A DNA stretch of 54,262 nucleotides, counting the filler, from Trypethelium eluteriae (taxonomy: Eukaryota), in NCBI GenBank assembly GCA_051942245.1. It is 2 parts of 2 records of this genome, joined end to end, with 100 filler letters (N's around TTAATTAATTAA, not from the genome) between each part and the next. Parts side by side here need not be neighbours in the genome. Positions count along the whole stretch, not along the records: positions 27,213 to 54,262 come from JAVECL010000341.1; 1 more part is not named here. One strand, written 5' to 3'. The notes below the pieces were generated by a model. The model did no database searches, was not told the DNA's origin, and was given only the letters and a program-made list of their open reading frames with translations. This document shows positions 36,515-50,000 of this stretch, in pieces; the first letter of the stretch is position 1, and every line of letters begins with the position of its first letter. The translations under genes were made by a program, and so were the position numbers.

Positions 36515-38011
36515 ATGCCATCGACGTGTGCGCCTCACTTAGGCGATGATACCGGGCCTATCGTTGTCTCTTCCTCTAGTAAATGGCCGACAACTATCAG
36601 CGAAATGGTCAAAGGGGAGCCAATGACTGAAAGTGAACGTATATCCAACTTCGCTGCATCTGAGATGCACCTGTGGTGGCGAGAGGGTAGTGGTAATACC
36701 GCATACCGTAAAGTTGCAGTCCTACTAATAAAGTGGGCTGAGGACTTAGACCAACTGAACTGCAGCGACGAAGTATGTTACATGACACCAACAGTTGGCG
36801 AGCCTATCCTAAGCTAATGCGGTAACCGTCTAGGTTCGAAGCCTAGATGAACTCTTCCGGAAGTCCTTTCGGTATCACACCAAGATCGTCCAGCTGCACG
36901 ATGAGTATAATGTCAATCTGCAGCTGCATTCGGCTTTCGTGGAATTTCTAAAAGAGCACGATGGACCAAACAATCTGATTATCGTTTATTATACGGGGCA
37001 TGGATCGCAGAATGTTCGAACTGGACAACTAGTCCTTCTCCCGTTAGTTTAACGATGGATTGTCTATTTTAGAAGCTAACAAAAGTTCGAAAAAGGACTA
37101 ATCGTATCGTGGACGCCAGACGCTCAAAACGGAGTCCCAACCCTGCACTTGCAGCTTGGGAGGAAGTCGAAATACATCTTATGCACAACGCAAAGTGCGA
37201 TGCGCTATCTATACTAGATTGTTGTTTTGCAGGGGACGTCCATAAGAGCGGATTTCAAGAGGATGATAGGACCTACCAGCTTCTGAGCGCTGCTGGAAAG
37301 GGCAAGCCAACCAGGGGTCCGGGTCCGGAATCTTTCACCGAGGCACTCATCAAGTCGTTGTCACAGCTCCAGAAAGAGCACGGAGATACACCCTTCACAA
37401 CGTTGGCTCTACGAGCGCGCATCCAAAGCCAACCAGAAAGGCAAAACAACCCTCCTTTTCTATGGCACCGTCTCCATCGCTACGAACGTCCAATTTGTCT
37501 AGCTCCACTTACTGAACAGTCGGCACAGACTCTCCCAAATGTTGGTAAGCCGAGTCGCGCATTTCTCACGCTGCGAGTAGCGCTAGAAGAAGAGACGCTG
37601 GACAAACATCAGGTCGTAACGCTCGCGTCTAATTTAACGAAAGCGGCGAAGTCGTCTGAGGCTCATGTGCGCCGAGTCGATTTGGTAAACTTCTCGATCT
37701 CCTCTCGGAAACGAAGTCTTTTGCAGGTGGTTCGCAATATCGCGCTTCCATTCGTTCGATTTAAGCGCGGCCTCAAGCGTGATCTCAATCCATTCCAAGG
37801 TGATTCGTATACTGTGCAACTGCCCACAACTCTAACCTCACAATCCGTTAGTCCTCCGGACAAGGTCTCCTCTCCGCACAGGATTTCAGAGGGCAGTGCC
37901 AAGCAAGTCCAGTCTATTCATCCACCTCAAGTGTCGCCGCGAACATTCATGAAAAGAAACAGGTCACCAGCATCTGGACAGGCTAACAAGAGGCGGCGAC
38001 ATTCCACATGA
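36515..38011 (+). CDS. Caspase-like (peptidase C14/CD clan) cysteine protease; 3 exons
   Basis: AYRKVAVLLIKW, LIIVYYTGHG (His at 36999), ILDCCFAG (Cys at 37220), QLLSAA and GPESFTEALI. Introns 36773-36833 and 37043-37095. Confidence 0.82.
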
Positions 38012-39520
38012 AAGAGGGGTTTTCTAGTTGTCAATGCTTTGTGTCAATGCTTTGAATATCGTGTACAATCTGTGTCATACTTTGTTCTTTGGATTTTCTG
38101 TATTTGAGAAAACTTTCCAATTCTCCGAAGCCTTCGAGCTTTACATACTCATCATGTATCATGTATAACTTTATATAGAAATCAAGAGAAAAAGGGAATT
38201 GGTATAGTCCTTACATATGAAGTAACAACATTCGGGACAGATAGTCGAGGGAACAGTCCTGCTGATATATGGGCAGTGGATTAGAGCCACCGGGCTCACC
38301 TAGTTGTCGTGTGGCCGCAACAACTTTATATGCCACTCATTCGTCCACGGCTCAATAGACTAACATCAATGGGCCCATACAGATTTGATAGAGATGCCAC
38401 TGACTGCTAGAATGCCATGCCGGAGCAGTATGACAAAATGGCTCCACTATTGAGTGACGGACACGTGAGACTTGAAAACTATCTTTGTTATATGGTAGGG
38501 CCGCCTGTCTAAGTCACATACAATCTAGCTCCCAGAAAAGTTCACGCCAATCGGCGAGGCTCATACGTAAAGTGAAATAGACGGCGAATGGTTGGGCGAG
38601 AATCGAGCGGCTTTGACGGGCCTTCCATGTCTGAGCGCATCGGCATGGCTGCAGCCTTACAGCTCCTTCCCCAGAGCTCACTTGGAAACTTCGAAGCTGG
38701 CGATCATCCAGGAGCAGATACTGACTCGATTGAAATCCCAATTTTGGGAATCAGAGATCAACAACACAATCAGTGATAAGTGGACCGTTTTCGTTTATGA
38801 AAATGACAAAGCAGATTGTAATCAGACTCCTTCGACCAGATCAATCCATGCGACGAGTTGGAATTAATCCGCAAGCCAAAAGTTGCATAGTTTCGGTTTG
38901 TAAGGGCTTGCATTTCACGGACTTGGTGAGGTCAGTACATCCGTCCCCTAACTCACAACAGAGATGACATGCTGATAACTGGATAGCTTCCTGGGATGCT
39001 ACTAGCTTTCGACCTTCGGAACGGTGCCCGGCCTGTTTCACTGGTTTCACATGTAGCGCGGGGCTGGATATAGGTCGAATTGGGTGATCCATGCACCTGC
39101 ACATGTGCTCGCAGCGGCAAGAACAGGTCGATTACAAGATTTCGGTGTCGAAAATACAGCTTCGAGGGAAGCTTGACAAGGCTCGGCTGGAAACCCCTGG
39201 GGACAGATACAATATTCATAGAACGTCGTCAAGGCCAGCAATACAAGAGGAATATTCGTGCCCGCCACCAAACCCTCATCCGCAAGGCAGAGGTATTGGC
39301 TTTTGTGCAGGATGAGCTGATTTCAGCTGGCTCAGCCTATCTCTACAGAGCTGATATTCTGCAAGTCTCACTGTTTGACGGCTTGGTGAAGTGTTCGCGC
39401 AAAGCCAACGGGATCCCGGCTCGGATAAACTTGGCTCCTTAAGCCCACTCCAGTCTTTCGCCGCGATTCTCATTGCCATTTACCACCCGTGACAATAATC
39501 AGTCAAGCCTCTCTATCAAC

Positions 39521-40202
<682 letters not shown>

Positions 40203-42362
40203 TCTGGGGTGGTCCGAGGGTTGGCGTTTGCAATCTTAGGGAGAGCATGCCGGGTATGATCATGAGTACAACGGCCTGGGACTATTCCCAATCGTTGACG
40301 GTCCATGCACGAGCTTCCATGAAGCTACTTCACTATCTACATTGGCCGAGCAGCTGGTACAAGTGAAACAAAGAACAAATCTGCAACTACTTTTTCCAGG
40401 CGCTCTCCACTTTTGGGACATAATCTTTGTGAAACCGATCTTAGTCGTCGAGAACGCGACATCAGTAGTTCGTAATCACCATTTGCTATCTGTCGTCTCA
40501 GTCTCAGAAGAATAAATACCCGTGGTCTGTGTTTGAGGCTTGATATTTGAGCGGCGGTCATTGTCTGCAAGAAGTGCTTTTTCTGCTCGAATAGCTTTGA
40601 CTTCAAAAGGTTGAGCTCTCATCCGTCCAAAGCCAACACTTGCATGGTTCACGACCTAGCTCTACAAGTCCGGTCTATCCAGCTCGACTGATCCTTCGCG
40701 TTGGTCTCAATGAAGCTGCTATTTGATAGCAAGCTTTCATTTGTGAGTGAATTTCTGGGTCTCCCATGGCCTTTGGGAGGCATGTGAGCTCTTTTAGGCT
40801 AAGGCCATTTCCTGGTTCACTAGGTTCATGAGTACCGCTTAATCCTCTCCAAGAGTCCACTGATCTCACGGAGTGTACCTCAAGTTGGGAACCTCTCCCT
40901 CAATGTCCAAGTTCCCGGCATAAGCGTTGCTTTTGGTGCCGAGGTCCTCCTGACGATTGCCTTGACCTAGGGTATAAAATTCCGAAGGAGCGACCTGACA
41001 GTAGCGGCTATTTTTGGTCAAGAAACACAACGCAGTGAGTGACATCGTGGACTCTCGACACAATGGCATGAACGCGCGCATAAAACTTTAAGGCGGTGAA
41101 GATTCCGTCCAGATATTGCTTAGCTCTCTCGCCTTTGAGCTTAAACATTCGCTTCGTATGATAGTCCAACATTCTAATTGCCTTTTGCAACGTCAGCTCC
41201 AAGTGGTCTTCACTATCCTCTCAGTCTTATAGAGCCAGATATCCAAAAAGGTCCTCCACGAAATGAATACTTGACTCGACTTAGTACCGTCACAATCTAG
41301 TACAGCTTGGGTCCAATAAGTCGCGTCATCGACTAGGTAATTTGAGGGACCTAAATCATGGTGAGTAAGAGCAGTAAGAGCAGTAAGGAGAGCAGCAACA
41401 TCACGCAGTCGTATAAGCTTGTCAATGCAAGTCGAGATCCTGCCTCAAAAGTTTGTGTCATAGAAAGACCAGTCTCCGATCTTTGATATAGTGCCATCAA
41501 GCAGAGGGGCGAGTTCAGTTATAGAAATATTCGTTCTAGCTTCTCGCATAACGATGTCCGCAGAATCGATCACAGTTGTCATCCTTCCATAGAACCGCAG
41601 TTCAGAGTGAAGCGCAGTCATTGAGACAAGTACATACGGCGTCCCTGGTGCAAAGATTACGTATACACGAAGAACCCTTCATACACCCCGTAGTAGCCGA
41701 GAAATGAAATTGACAGAGGGAGTGGCTGCGGATGGGGAGGTGTAATATGTTACAATAGCGCAAGTAGTAAGAGAGAGAGTACTGCGATATTATGTTGATA
41801 TGGTGATTACATTATCGCGAACGATGACGGTCTGATGTTCTGAACCGGTGTGTGCGGAGCATTGAAATGGGAAATACTAAGGAAGCTTCACTACGGGGAA
41901 AACCACTGCTCATGCTTAAGATAGAATAAAGATAGATATCTTAAGCTAAGCTACCAGCCTTTTTAGCCACACACTCAAGGTTGTCTTGCAACCTTCCTGG
42001 ATATTTCAATTGCTCGGAAAGATCAAGCTGGCCATCTAGGTTTGTGTGTGCTCATCCTCGGGCAGATAGCTCCGTACCGCTTCGCTCAGCCACGATGAGA
42101 TTGTTCAGGCTTCAAACCAATCTGGGCCTTTACAGACTAGCGGAGCGTTTCTTCCAGCAACATAGCTCGTCCTACGGGATGATCACTCCGCATCCACCGT
42201 GACTGACGAGTTCAATCGGGAAGGAAGTTCTTTAGTCTGATCTTTGTGCTAGAGCCGGAGCCTCACCTTTCGACACTCTAGGAGCACGGGTCTCTTAGCT
42301 GAGCACAGGCTGCTATAGTACGGGTAGTGAATGTTCTCGTTCGTTCGATGTCTGCAGCTTCT

Positions 42363-44039
42363 TCAATCTGCTGGCTGCTCTGAGTCCTCGCCCTCCAACA
42401 AGATATATTCTAGAATGTCACTCAAGGTTAGTAGTCCTTTCAGTCTGCTGTACTCATCAATGACGACGAGTCTGTGCACACGTGATTTCCGGATCGTATC
42501 GAAGATGGTATCGAGACGATCGTTCACAGTGCACGTGTAGATGCCGGGGAAGTCCTAATAACTGTTCAGCCGTGGCCGCATTCATAAACCTGCTGAGAAG
42601 TAGCTACTCACGTCTGATCGTTTTAGAAGCGCCTCGCCCACATTCAGATTCAGGTCATCATATACGCCACCCTTAATAAGGGTAATGACATCTACGGCCT
42701 CGAATACGTTGATCACCACGCCTTTAGGACTGTTAGACATTACCACAATCAAGAAATGTGCACTTACCATCACTGTCGAGAATGGGAATGCTTGATATGC
42801 TGTATTTGACGAGCATATGTATCACATCGATGACTGGCGATTCCATTTTAGCAGTTTGCAGATTGGTGTACGTGCCAAGGTCCAGGTCCCGCAGCGACTT
42901 CCGTAGCATTTCTGTCTCTTTCACATTGACAGCGATGAACTTCAGGATCCTGTATTGGGTCACGACGCTAACGACCATAGATCTGTTTGTCTCATCGTCC
43001 TCGTCGAGCAAGGGGATCCTTCGCGCTCTGGATTCCAGCATCTTTCGGCATGCTTCGTAGAGGGGGCGTAGTGGATGTATCGATACTGTTTCGAGCGGCT
43101 GGACACCAATTGCTCTTTCGATTTCTACGAACGATTGTCAGCTCTGGCAACTTTGGAACAGGAGTAAGAGCAACAGACCCCTGAGGCTGCTAAGGCGGAA
43201 CTGATCCACCGCTGCCAGAGCATCTGGGTTCTGCCAATAATACTGAATAACATTCATGTAGTCCGATGTTGTGAGCAGACCGGCAAAGGTTGATGTCTTC
43301 GAGTCCCATAATGGGGCCGAGACGATTCCTAGGAGGGGTCAATGAAATACATCTTCCCGACGTAAGCCAGGTCCCCACCATTGTGTATAAGTATATTAAG
43401 ACTCTTCTTCACAAGCAATGCCGTGTCAAAAACTATCAAACGGAAGCTCAAGGGTAGGACGTCGTAGCTAGTGCGGACTTTCAGGAATCTTCGGATCGCA
43501 TGCTGTGAAGCCACAGAAGTGGCGGCGAGGTCAGCCTCTCCAATAAACACATGGATTAGAAGTGGAAAGCAGAGGAAGGGACCGGAAGGCCGCCCGCAGC
43601 ATCTGCACGCCCTGATGGCAGGACAGCAGAGGTGCGAAGCTTCAGCATCTGTAGAACCCCCACGCCGGGCAAAGCAGACGGTGTGCGGAGCTCCAACGTC
43701 AACTGCCCTGCCCCAGTCACGATGGTTGCAATAGCGATGGGATTGGCCAAAATAGAAGAAGAAAATGCAGGCACTAAACACAACACTAGGCGTACTCACC
43801 AGACCCTCGAGTTGCTCCCGATCAAGTGCAGTCATCATTGGTTTGTGTACAGCTGGCGTGCTTGGACGAGAATGGCCGCGGGGTCTCAGGTACGAGGACG
43901 GCGCCACGAATGCAACGGCCTCGTGACCCAGATTAATCCCACCTTCATTTGCTACGACGTCGACAGGGTGCAGTGGTCTGGCGGCAGCAGCAGTAGAAGT
44001 GTCGATCTTCCCGCCATTAGCGGTCTCGCCTTCGGACAT
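42363..44039 (-). CDS. SNF4: AMPK/SNF1 complex gamma subunit (CBS domains); multi-exon
   Basis: [58 protein letters not shown] and [22 protein letters not shown]. Confidence 0.95.
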
Positions 44040-45044
44040 TTTCGAGATCTAGCAATAGTGCCGGCATGGAGAAGGCTTGGGCTCTGTTGTATGAAGGTTA
44101 GGGAGTCCCCAGTAAGGGCGCTGAGTGTGGTAAATGTGACGCGTGTGGGGCAAATCACAGAGCCAGGAAGTTGGAAAAAATTCTGGAGAGTTTCTTGTGG
44201 GGAGCGAATCAGTGACGCCAAAGATCAGCAAACTGACATGGGCCCCAATTTACGCGTTTCAAACTTCAGGTAGGAGTCCAACCCTTCACCACTTGAAGAA
44301 GCTTGGTGTGGAGGGGAATCAGCGAAAGCTCGGTATACGATACAAAGTCACATTAAGGATCCGGATGTTTTGCATTCAACTCGTTGGGGATATCTCGTCT
44401 TACATCGATCCAGATCCACACTGCTAATCGAAGCGAGTGTCGCTGTCAAGCGATTGATAAATGGCCACAATCCCCTGAAAGCTCTGTTGCACTTTTCCAT
44501 AGACAGTTGCTTCGCCAATTCCTGTAAGCATGTACAGGCATCTGGACGTTCTGTATGCAAAGCTAAGCACACCGAACATTTCCGCAACTAAAAGTATAGA
44601 TAACCTTGTATCAAAATGGTGTCATGCCTGCTTCGCGAACACCATGCGAGCTTGAGAAGGGCCCCTTCAAATTACGAATCATTTCAATAGTCGGATAGCT
44701 CAACTGTATACATTCGTCGAATCGCGTGCTCTCTCCCCTTGATGTCTCACTATCAGGACGTCTCTAGCTGTCGAGTCTCTGCCAAACCCTTCTTTATGCA
44801 ATTCTTGCAATAATCGCATGTTCAGCCGAAGTGAACGAGCATCAGAAGCAGAAAAGAGGAAGTCGCGTAATTCTGCAATGGTTCCCAATCGAACGCCGCG
44901 CGCCAGATCTTTGCAGAAAATGACACATCCTTTTGCAACATGCCATCGACAAAGAAAGCGTAGCAGACTGCAGCGTAGGAGACATCTAGTAAAATCGTCC
45001 GAAATTGAAGGAATCATGGCTTGCTCGTCACAACCACAGTGCAT

Positions 45045-46848
45045 CTACTCGCGCTTCCTCGCAGCTTTGAGTGCGTCGGCATTCAGTTCAGGACCTGGAT
45101 CAGCCTCATCTTCTTCTTCTATACTCTCCGGTGTCAAATTCTCAGGAGGGACAGCCTCTCCACTCTCATCAAGATGTTTCTTCGACTGTAACACAATGCT
45201 CTCGGCCTCACTAATGCCACCTTCCTTGGTAGCAGGATCGCCATCAACGCCAATGGGCTCAATCTTACGGTCGACCGTGTTTTGGACAGCCTTATTGTCG
45301 AACCGAACGATCATACAGGAGAGGTTATCTGTAGAAAAACGCGACAAGGCGTGGTCGACGAGCTGTTTGGAAGCGGCTTGTGGTTCTACGGTCTGTCGAA
45401 CAAGGTCGACAGCTTCCTGGTCGCTGCAGACATCCCAAAGCTGTTTGCACAGTCAGCATTCCTTTTCGAATGAGGGTGTGGTGAAAACTCACCCCATCAC
45501 AGGCAAGTATAAGGAACTCATCGATGTCAGGCTGTATCACCGTTTCAGTGGTATATGGGTGGCCTGTAACGAGATCCTTCATGTATGAATCGCCAAGGGC
45601 CCGGGTCACCGCCAGTACACCATTGACTCGATTGTTGAGAATCAAGCCTCCAGCGTTAGCGATGCGCTTTCCCTCATTTTCATCGCTACCCTTATGGTCA
45701 TAGGACAGCCGGAGTGCCTTGCCGTTTCGACATAAGACAATTCGAGCGTCGCCGACGTTGGCTGTGTACAGAACGCGTTGTCGCGAAGCAGATTCCCGCA
45801 ACCGACTTTCTTGGGGCGCGGATGGTCTGTGTTCTGACATCGTGCCTTTAGCAGTGTCACTATTAGTTTCTGAGTTGTTTGGACCGTCAGTGGAGGCATG
45901 CACGCTTGTGCTAGCATTCAAGTTTGCTGCTGGCTCCGAAGCTGCCTTGACGGCTGCTGCAGCTGCAGGCGCGATTGCGCTTGATCCTGTAGCAGACTGA
46001 GAATTTGGAATCCTGTCTTCCCAGCGCAATACTGCAATGACTGCAGTGCAGCCACTATTCTTGAGTGGTAGCTTTTCCAACTGCTGATCAACATTGGTAA
46101 AGGTCTGATCGAGCAGCTCGGGTATGGGAGTGTTGGGATTCTTGCGTATCGTCTCTTCTAGAAGAATATGTAGCTTCTTCCCGCACCAGTCGGCTGCAAA
46201 GGTACCGGCATGACCGTCGAAAATGGCGAAGTATCCGTTATCCGTTTCCACCACGTGTTGGAAGGATGTGTCTAGATTCGTCGTCAATGCATCAACGACA
46301 GAATTTTGGGATTTGGTTGCAGAATCGGGACCGAGAACAGGAGCCGGTGTGCTTAGAAAATTGTAGAGGTAGGCATGAGTATCTTCCATAGTACGACGAC
46401 ACTTCTTGTTCTTGTCTTCCGTCACCCCAACTCTAAAGGTAGACCTTGGACCAGGTACAGATTCTCCAGCAGAATTGTTGTAAGAGCCTTGAGGCACTGA
46501 TAAAGCGGGATCGGTCTTACTTAACTTCTGAATCGGTGTTTGTGGCGTCTTCTCCCCCTGGCCATTGTTGTTCGCGGGAGTCCCATGTAGATGCAGAGAC
46601 TGTTTAGCATTCGAGAATATGTCTCTCGCTTTTGACACGCCACTACTCCGACGTTTCTTGTCTCCACTTGGTCCGCTCTCTTCTGCCGTTTTCTTGCCAG
46701 GTGGACTATGACTTGAGTGGTTCTTCCTCTCAGCCCCATTGCCTGTATCTCCAGTCCCGTCGCTGCCAGGTCTTTGCGCGTCTGCAGGAGACTGTGGCTC
46801 AACAATCGGATCGTCGTCCTTTGGGGACGAACCAGAGGTACCAAACAT
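45045..46848 (-). CDS. PTC1: Protein phosphatase 2C (Ptc1-type); 2 exons
   Basis: [58 protein letters not shown] and [14 protein letters not shown]. Confidence 0.95.
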
Positions 46849-48781
46849 TCTGTTCAGCAGCCCTCCTTGCCCGGAGAAGCTCCTCCGCTTGTTGCCTGCC
46901 AGATTGACTTTTGTGATCTTTTACCGAACTAAAAGATTAGGAAGAGTCCGAGATTTCTAAAGCCAAAGCAAGAGGAATACAGGGTTGTGGGGACGATTGA
47001 AACGAGGAAACGAGGAGCTTCTCAGCGCAACGGACGACTCGACCCGGTGTGAGATAGGCTGTGTTTGATGTAAATATCAGTTTCTCTTTATCTGCATGAG
47101 AAGACAATTACAGGATTGCAAACTTGAGTCAGAGTCAAGAGGGGGTTCACATACCTGAGCACAATGCTGTGGACTTGGGGATGAGTGGGCGGGGCTCTCC
47201 AGACGCAGTGTGGTCTCTGCGGAGGTAAAGGCGCTTAGCTCCACGCAACCGCTGGATATCAGTCTGAACCTCGCGTTGCGGACTCGCCGTGAGACTAGTC
47301 AGAAGATTTGTGGCAATGGAAATTCAAAGAAAAGACGACATGTTCGAATTTGGCTCGAAGCTTTGGATGTGCGCGTGGTTGAGGTCCGGGATGAACGGTA
47401 GGGTTAGCAGCGCGATATGACGTATGGTTCTTGTGTCGTAACCGTAACTTTAGATCTGCTCTATGGGTCCGAACTGAACCCAGCCTCAAATTGTCGCAGG
47501 ACAAACGGAAACACGGGCAACCAGGCGCCAAATAGCGAACAAGATGTCGAGGACCCCTAACTCGCGGGTGGATGACCAATGCGTCCTGTTGGCAGCCAGA
47601 ACGGACTCACGCACGCCGCTCAATGACAGACACAATGAAACCCGCAGTAATGGTGTGTGGTAGCGGCGCAGGTACACTTAATGGCCGACGCGCCTCGACT
47701 TTTTCACATTCAATCTACATATTCCGATACCTCCGCAGGTTTGGTGGCATTGACATTTTATGACACGCGATGACGCTTGTTGCATCCCGGGATTACCCCT
47801 CCCAGACTAGAACAATGGTTAAACGACGCAAAAAGAGCTTGCCGTTTTAGGCATTCAATTGATTGCAGGTCTTTTTCTGATGCTGAGCATTATCGTCCAC
47901 CAGTGCAGCCTTCCTCGGTTCTTACTTAAATACAGGGCATCCTATCTAGCTCAGTCATTATGGAAACCATGCAGAATAGGAGATGATTTGTTTGCTAGAC
48001 TTTCGGTATTGAAGACTATCTTGCTGTAATGCTGGTGCCATCTCCTACGAAGCTGGACTCATAGTTGTCCAGATCCTCGCGCGTATTCCAGGATAGATGC
48101 ATTCATCACGACCAATCTTAAACCTTTCACCTTCTTCGAGTGGTTTCAGATCTTTTGCGACTTATCCAAACCCTTCACCAAGCCTGCTCTCTTGTAGAGC
48201 TTTCCTTATCAGGCCAAAACAGCTGCCAAAATACTAGCAATGATGCTAAGGTCTAAAAGTAGTGATCATACCCAGAGATTTGACATTCGCTCAAAACCCG
48301 CAGCCTGAAGTTAGGGAATGTGGAGGAGTCATCTTCGACAAGCCCGACGCGGTCGCTGTTGAAGACACCACTCACTTTCGTCTAACACTGCGTCGGACGT
48401 AGCGTTTGCGTCATTGTCAGGGCGATCGAAATCTTCCCCAAAAAGTTCCAACAGGGCTCTGTGCTTGACATTATCAACAAAGGTCGACATTGTCTCACGC
48501 AGCTCAAGTAGGGTCTTGTGTGTGCTTCACATAACCGCGAACACCAGCCATTCGAGCGCCTTCGCACATTTCCACGCGCGAATAATTTCTTCGCTTCCTT
48601 CTCGGCTGTTCCATTGGTTTCGTTCCTTGTTGTGGTAACAAACTTGACACCGTATTCGACGAGCGGATCGCGGGTACCGCGAACCATCTTTTATGCTAGA
48701 GTGAGGGGGTTTCTTAGGTGGTTCACAACAAGAATGGGCTGTTGTCACGACATCAATCCCCACGGTATGTGCTGTCAAGTC

Positions 48782-49659
48782 TCATTCCTCTGTTGGTGAT
48801 TGTCCATTTGTCTTTCGCACCTGTTCGATACTCTCGTCAAGCAGAGCAATCTCTGCTTCAACACTCAGCAATTTTTCTTCTAGCATTCTTTGGTAGTCTT
48901 CATCCGATATATATTTGAATGGAGTCCAGCTACTCTCGGCAAGCCGTTTCCAGACGCTCGACTTCTCGATATGGGTATGCTCGTTGTTGCTAGCGGCGGC
49001 TTTCTTGCGCACTTGGGAGTTGTAGAAGGACTGTCCAATGTACCCAAACGCGGAAAACATTATCATACCAGGCAAAATGTTGGCTCTTCCACCTATGGGC
49101 CATCAGCTATAAGGGAAAGCCCAGACTCCATATGCCCTGTCGTACTTACGTGCTAAGAAACCTATATTCCCTCCTGTGAAGCCTCCAGCGATTACACTAG
49201 CTTTAATCCGGTCATCCGGCGTGACTTTTTCGATCTGCCAGGCATGCAAGATTGCACTTCTCGCGGCTTCAAATGATCAGAATAGCACAAGGAGAAATGA
49301 GAAGTGTGGGTCTTGATTTACCCCAGTATGTAGATCCTAGCGCGAAACACTGCAAACCCGATGCACCTGCGAAAAGTACAGGCGTGCTCGAGCGGACAAT
49401 GCCTGCAACTCCTCCAATCAAAACACCAGACACACCTAACCACAGCATTCAGTCCATTATTCGTCTGTAAGAATAGATGTGAAGAAGATGAAGGTCACAG
49501 GAATTGAAACAAATCTCAAAATAAAACGGTGAAGTTACGCAAAGAACGATTGCGGAAGGCGAAAAAAGTTTCAAACTTACCGGTCATGCATCCCACCTTT
49601 AGTGCTGGCAAAAAGACATCATTTGAGACTCCCAGAGACTGATTCCCAGATTGGCTCAT
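48782..49659 (-). CDS. Conserved uncharacterised membrane protein (Gly-rich TM segments, Tim17-like); multi-exon
   Basis: Spliced MSQSGNQ..VFLPALKVGCMT|GVSGVLIGGVAGIVRSSTPVLFAGASGLQCFALGSTYW|..GGFTGG..|NILPGMIMFSAFGYIGQ..ISDEDYQRMLEEKLLSVEAEIALLDE. Confidence 0.7.
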
Positions 49660-50000
49660 CTTCTGAAAGAAAGCGCCGAGGGAGTCTGCGTGGCGGGAAG
49701 TGAGGAGGACAATATTAGCCTCCAGGAGCTCCAGAGCGAGTACGGAGTAAAGACGGGTTGGAGGAAAGGGCCATGTGAGATCCCGATCGGGCTTAGGTCA
49801 TTGATTTTAGACCGAACTTCAACATCAAACGCCTCGCACCAGAAGAAAATCACCTCGCTGACCAGGTACCATTGATCAACCTGAGGCTGCGACCAGCCTT
49901 TGAACCGTCTCAACACCTTACTCGTCGGAGGAATTGCATCCTTCGACAATACCCAGTCAGCGCGCACCTTCTCAAGCGCGCTGCCTGACCTTACGCAATC

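Noticed and set aside
38029..38054. TGTCAATGCTTTG tandem duplication (and AGTAAGAGC repeats near 41365)
   Set aside because: Short slippage duplications in non-coding DNA with no further support.
40675..41202. Short minus-strand ORFs between RPS14 and SNF4
   Set aside because: Protein-like stretch, but I could not build a spliced model or recognise a family; it may be a degraded gene.
43632..44273. 213-aa plus-strand ORF
   Set aside because: Antisense to SNF4 exon 1 and its intron; no domain evidence.
44818..45588. 256-aa plus-strand ORF
   Set aside because: Largely antisense to PTC1; Ser-rich shadow frame.
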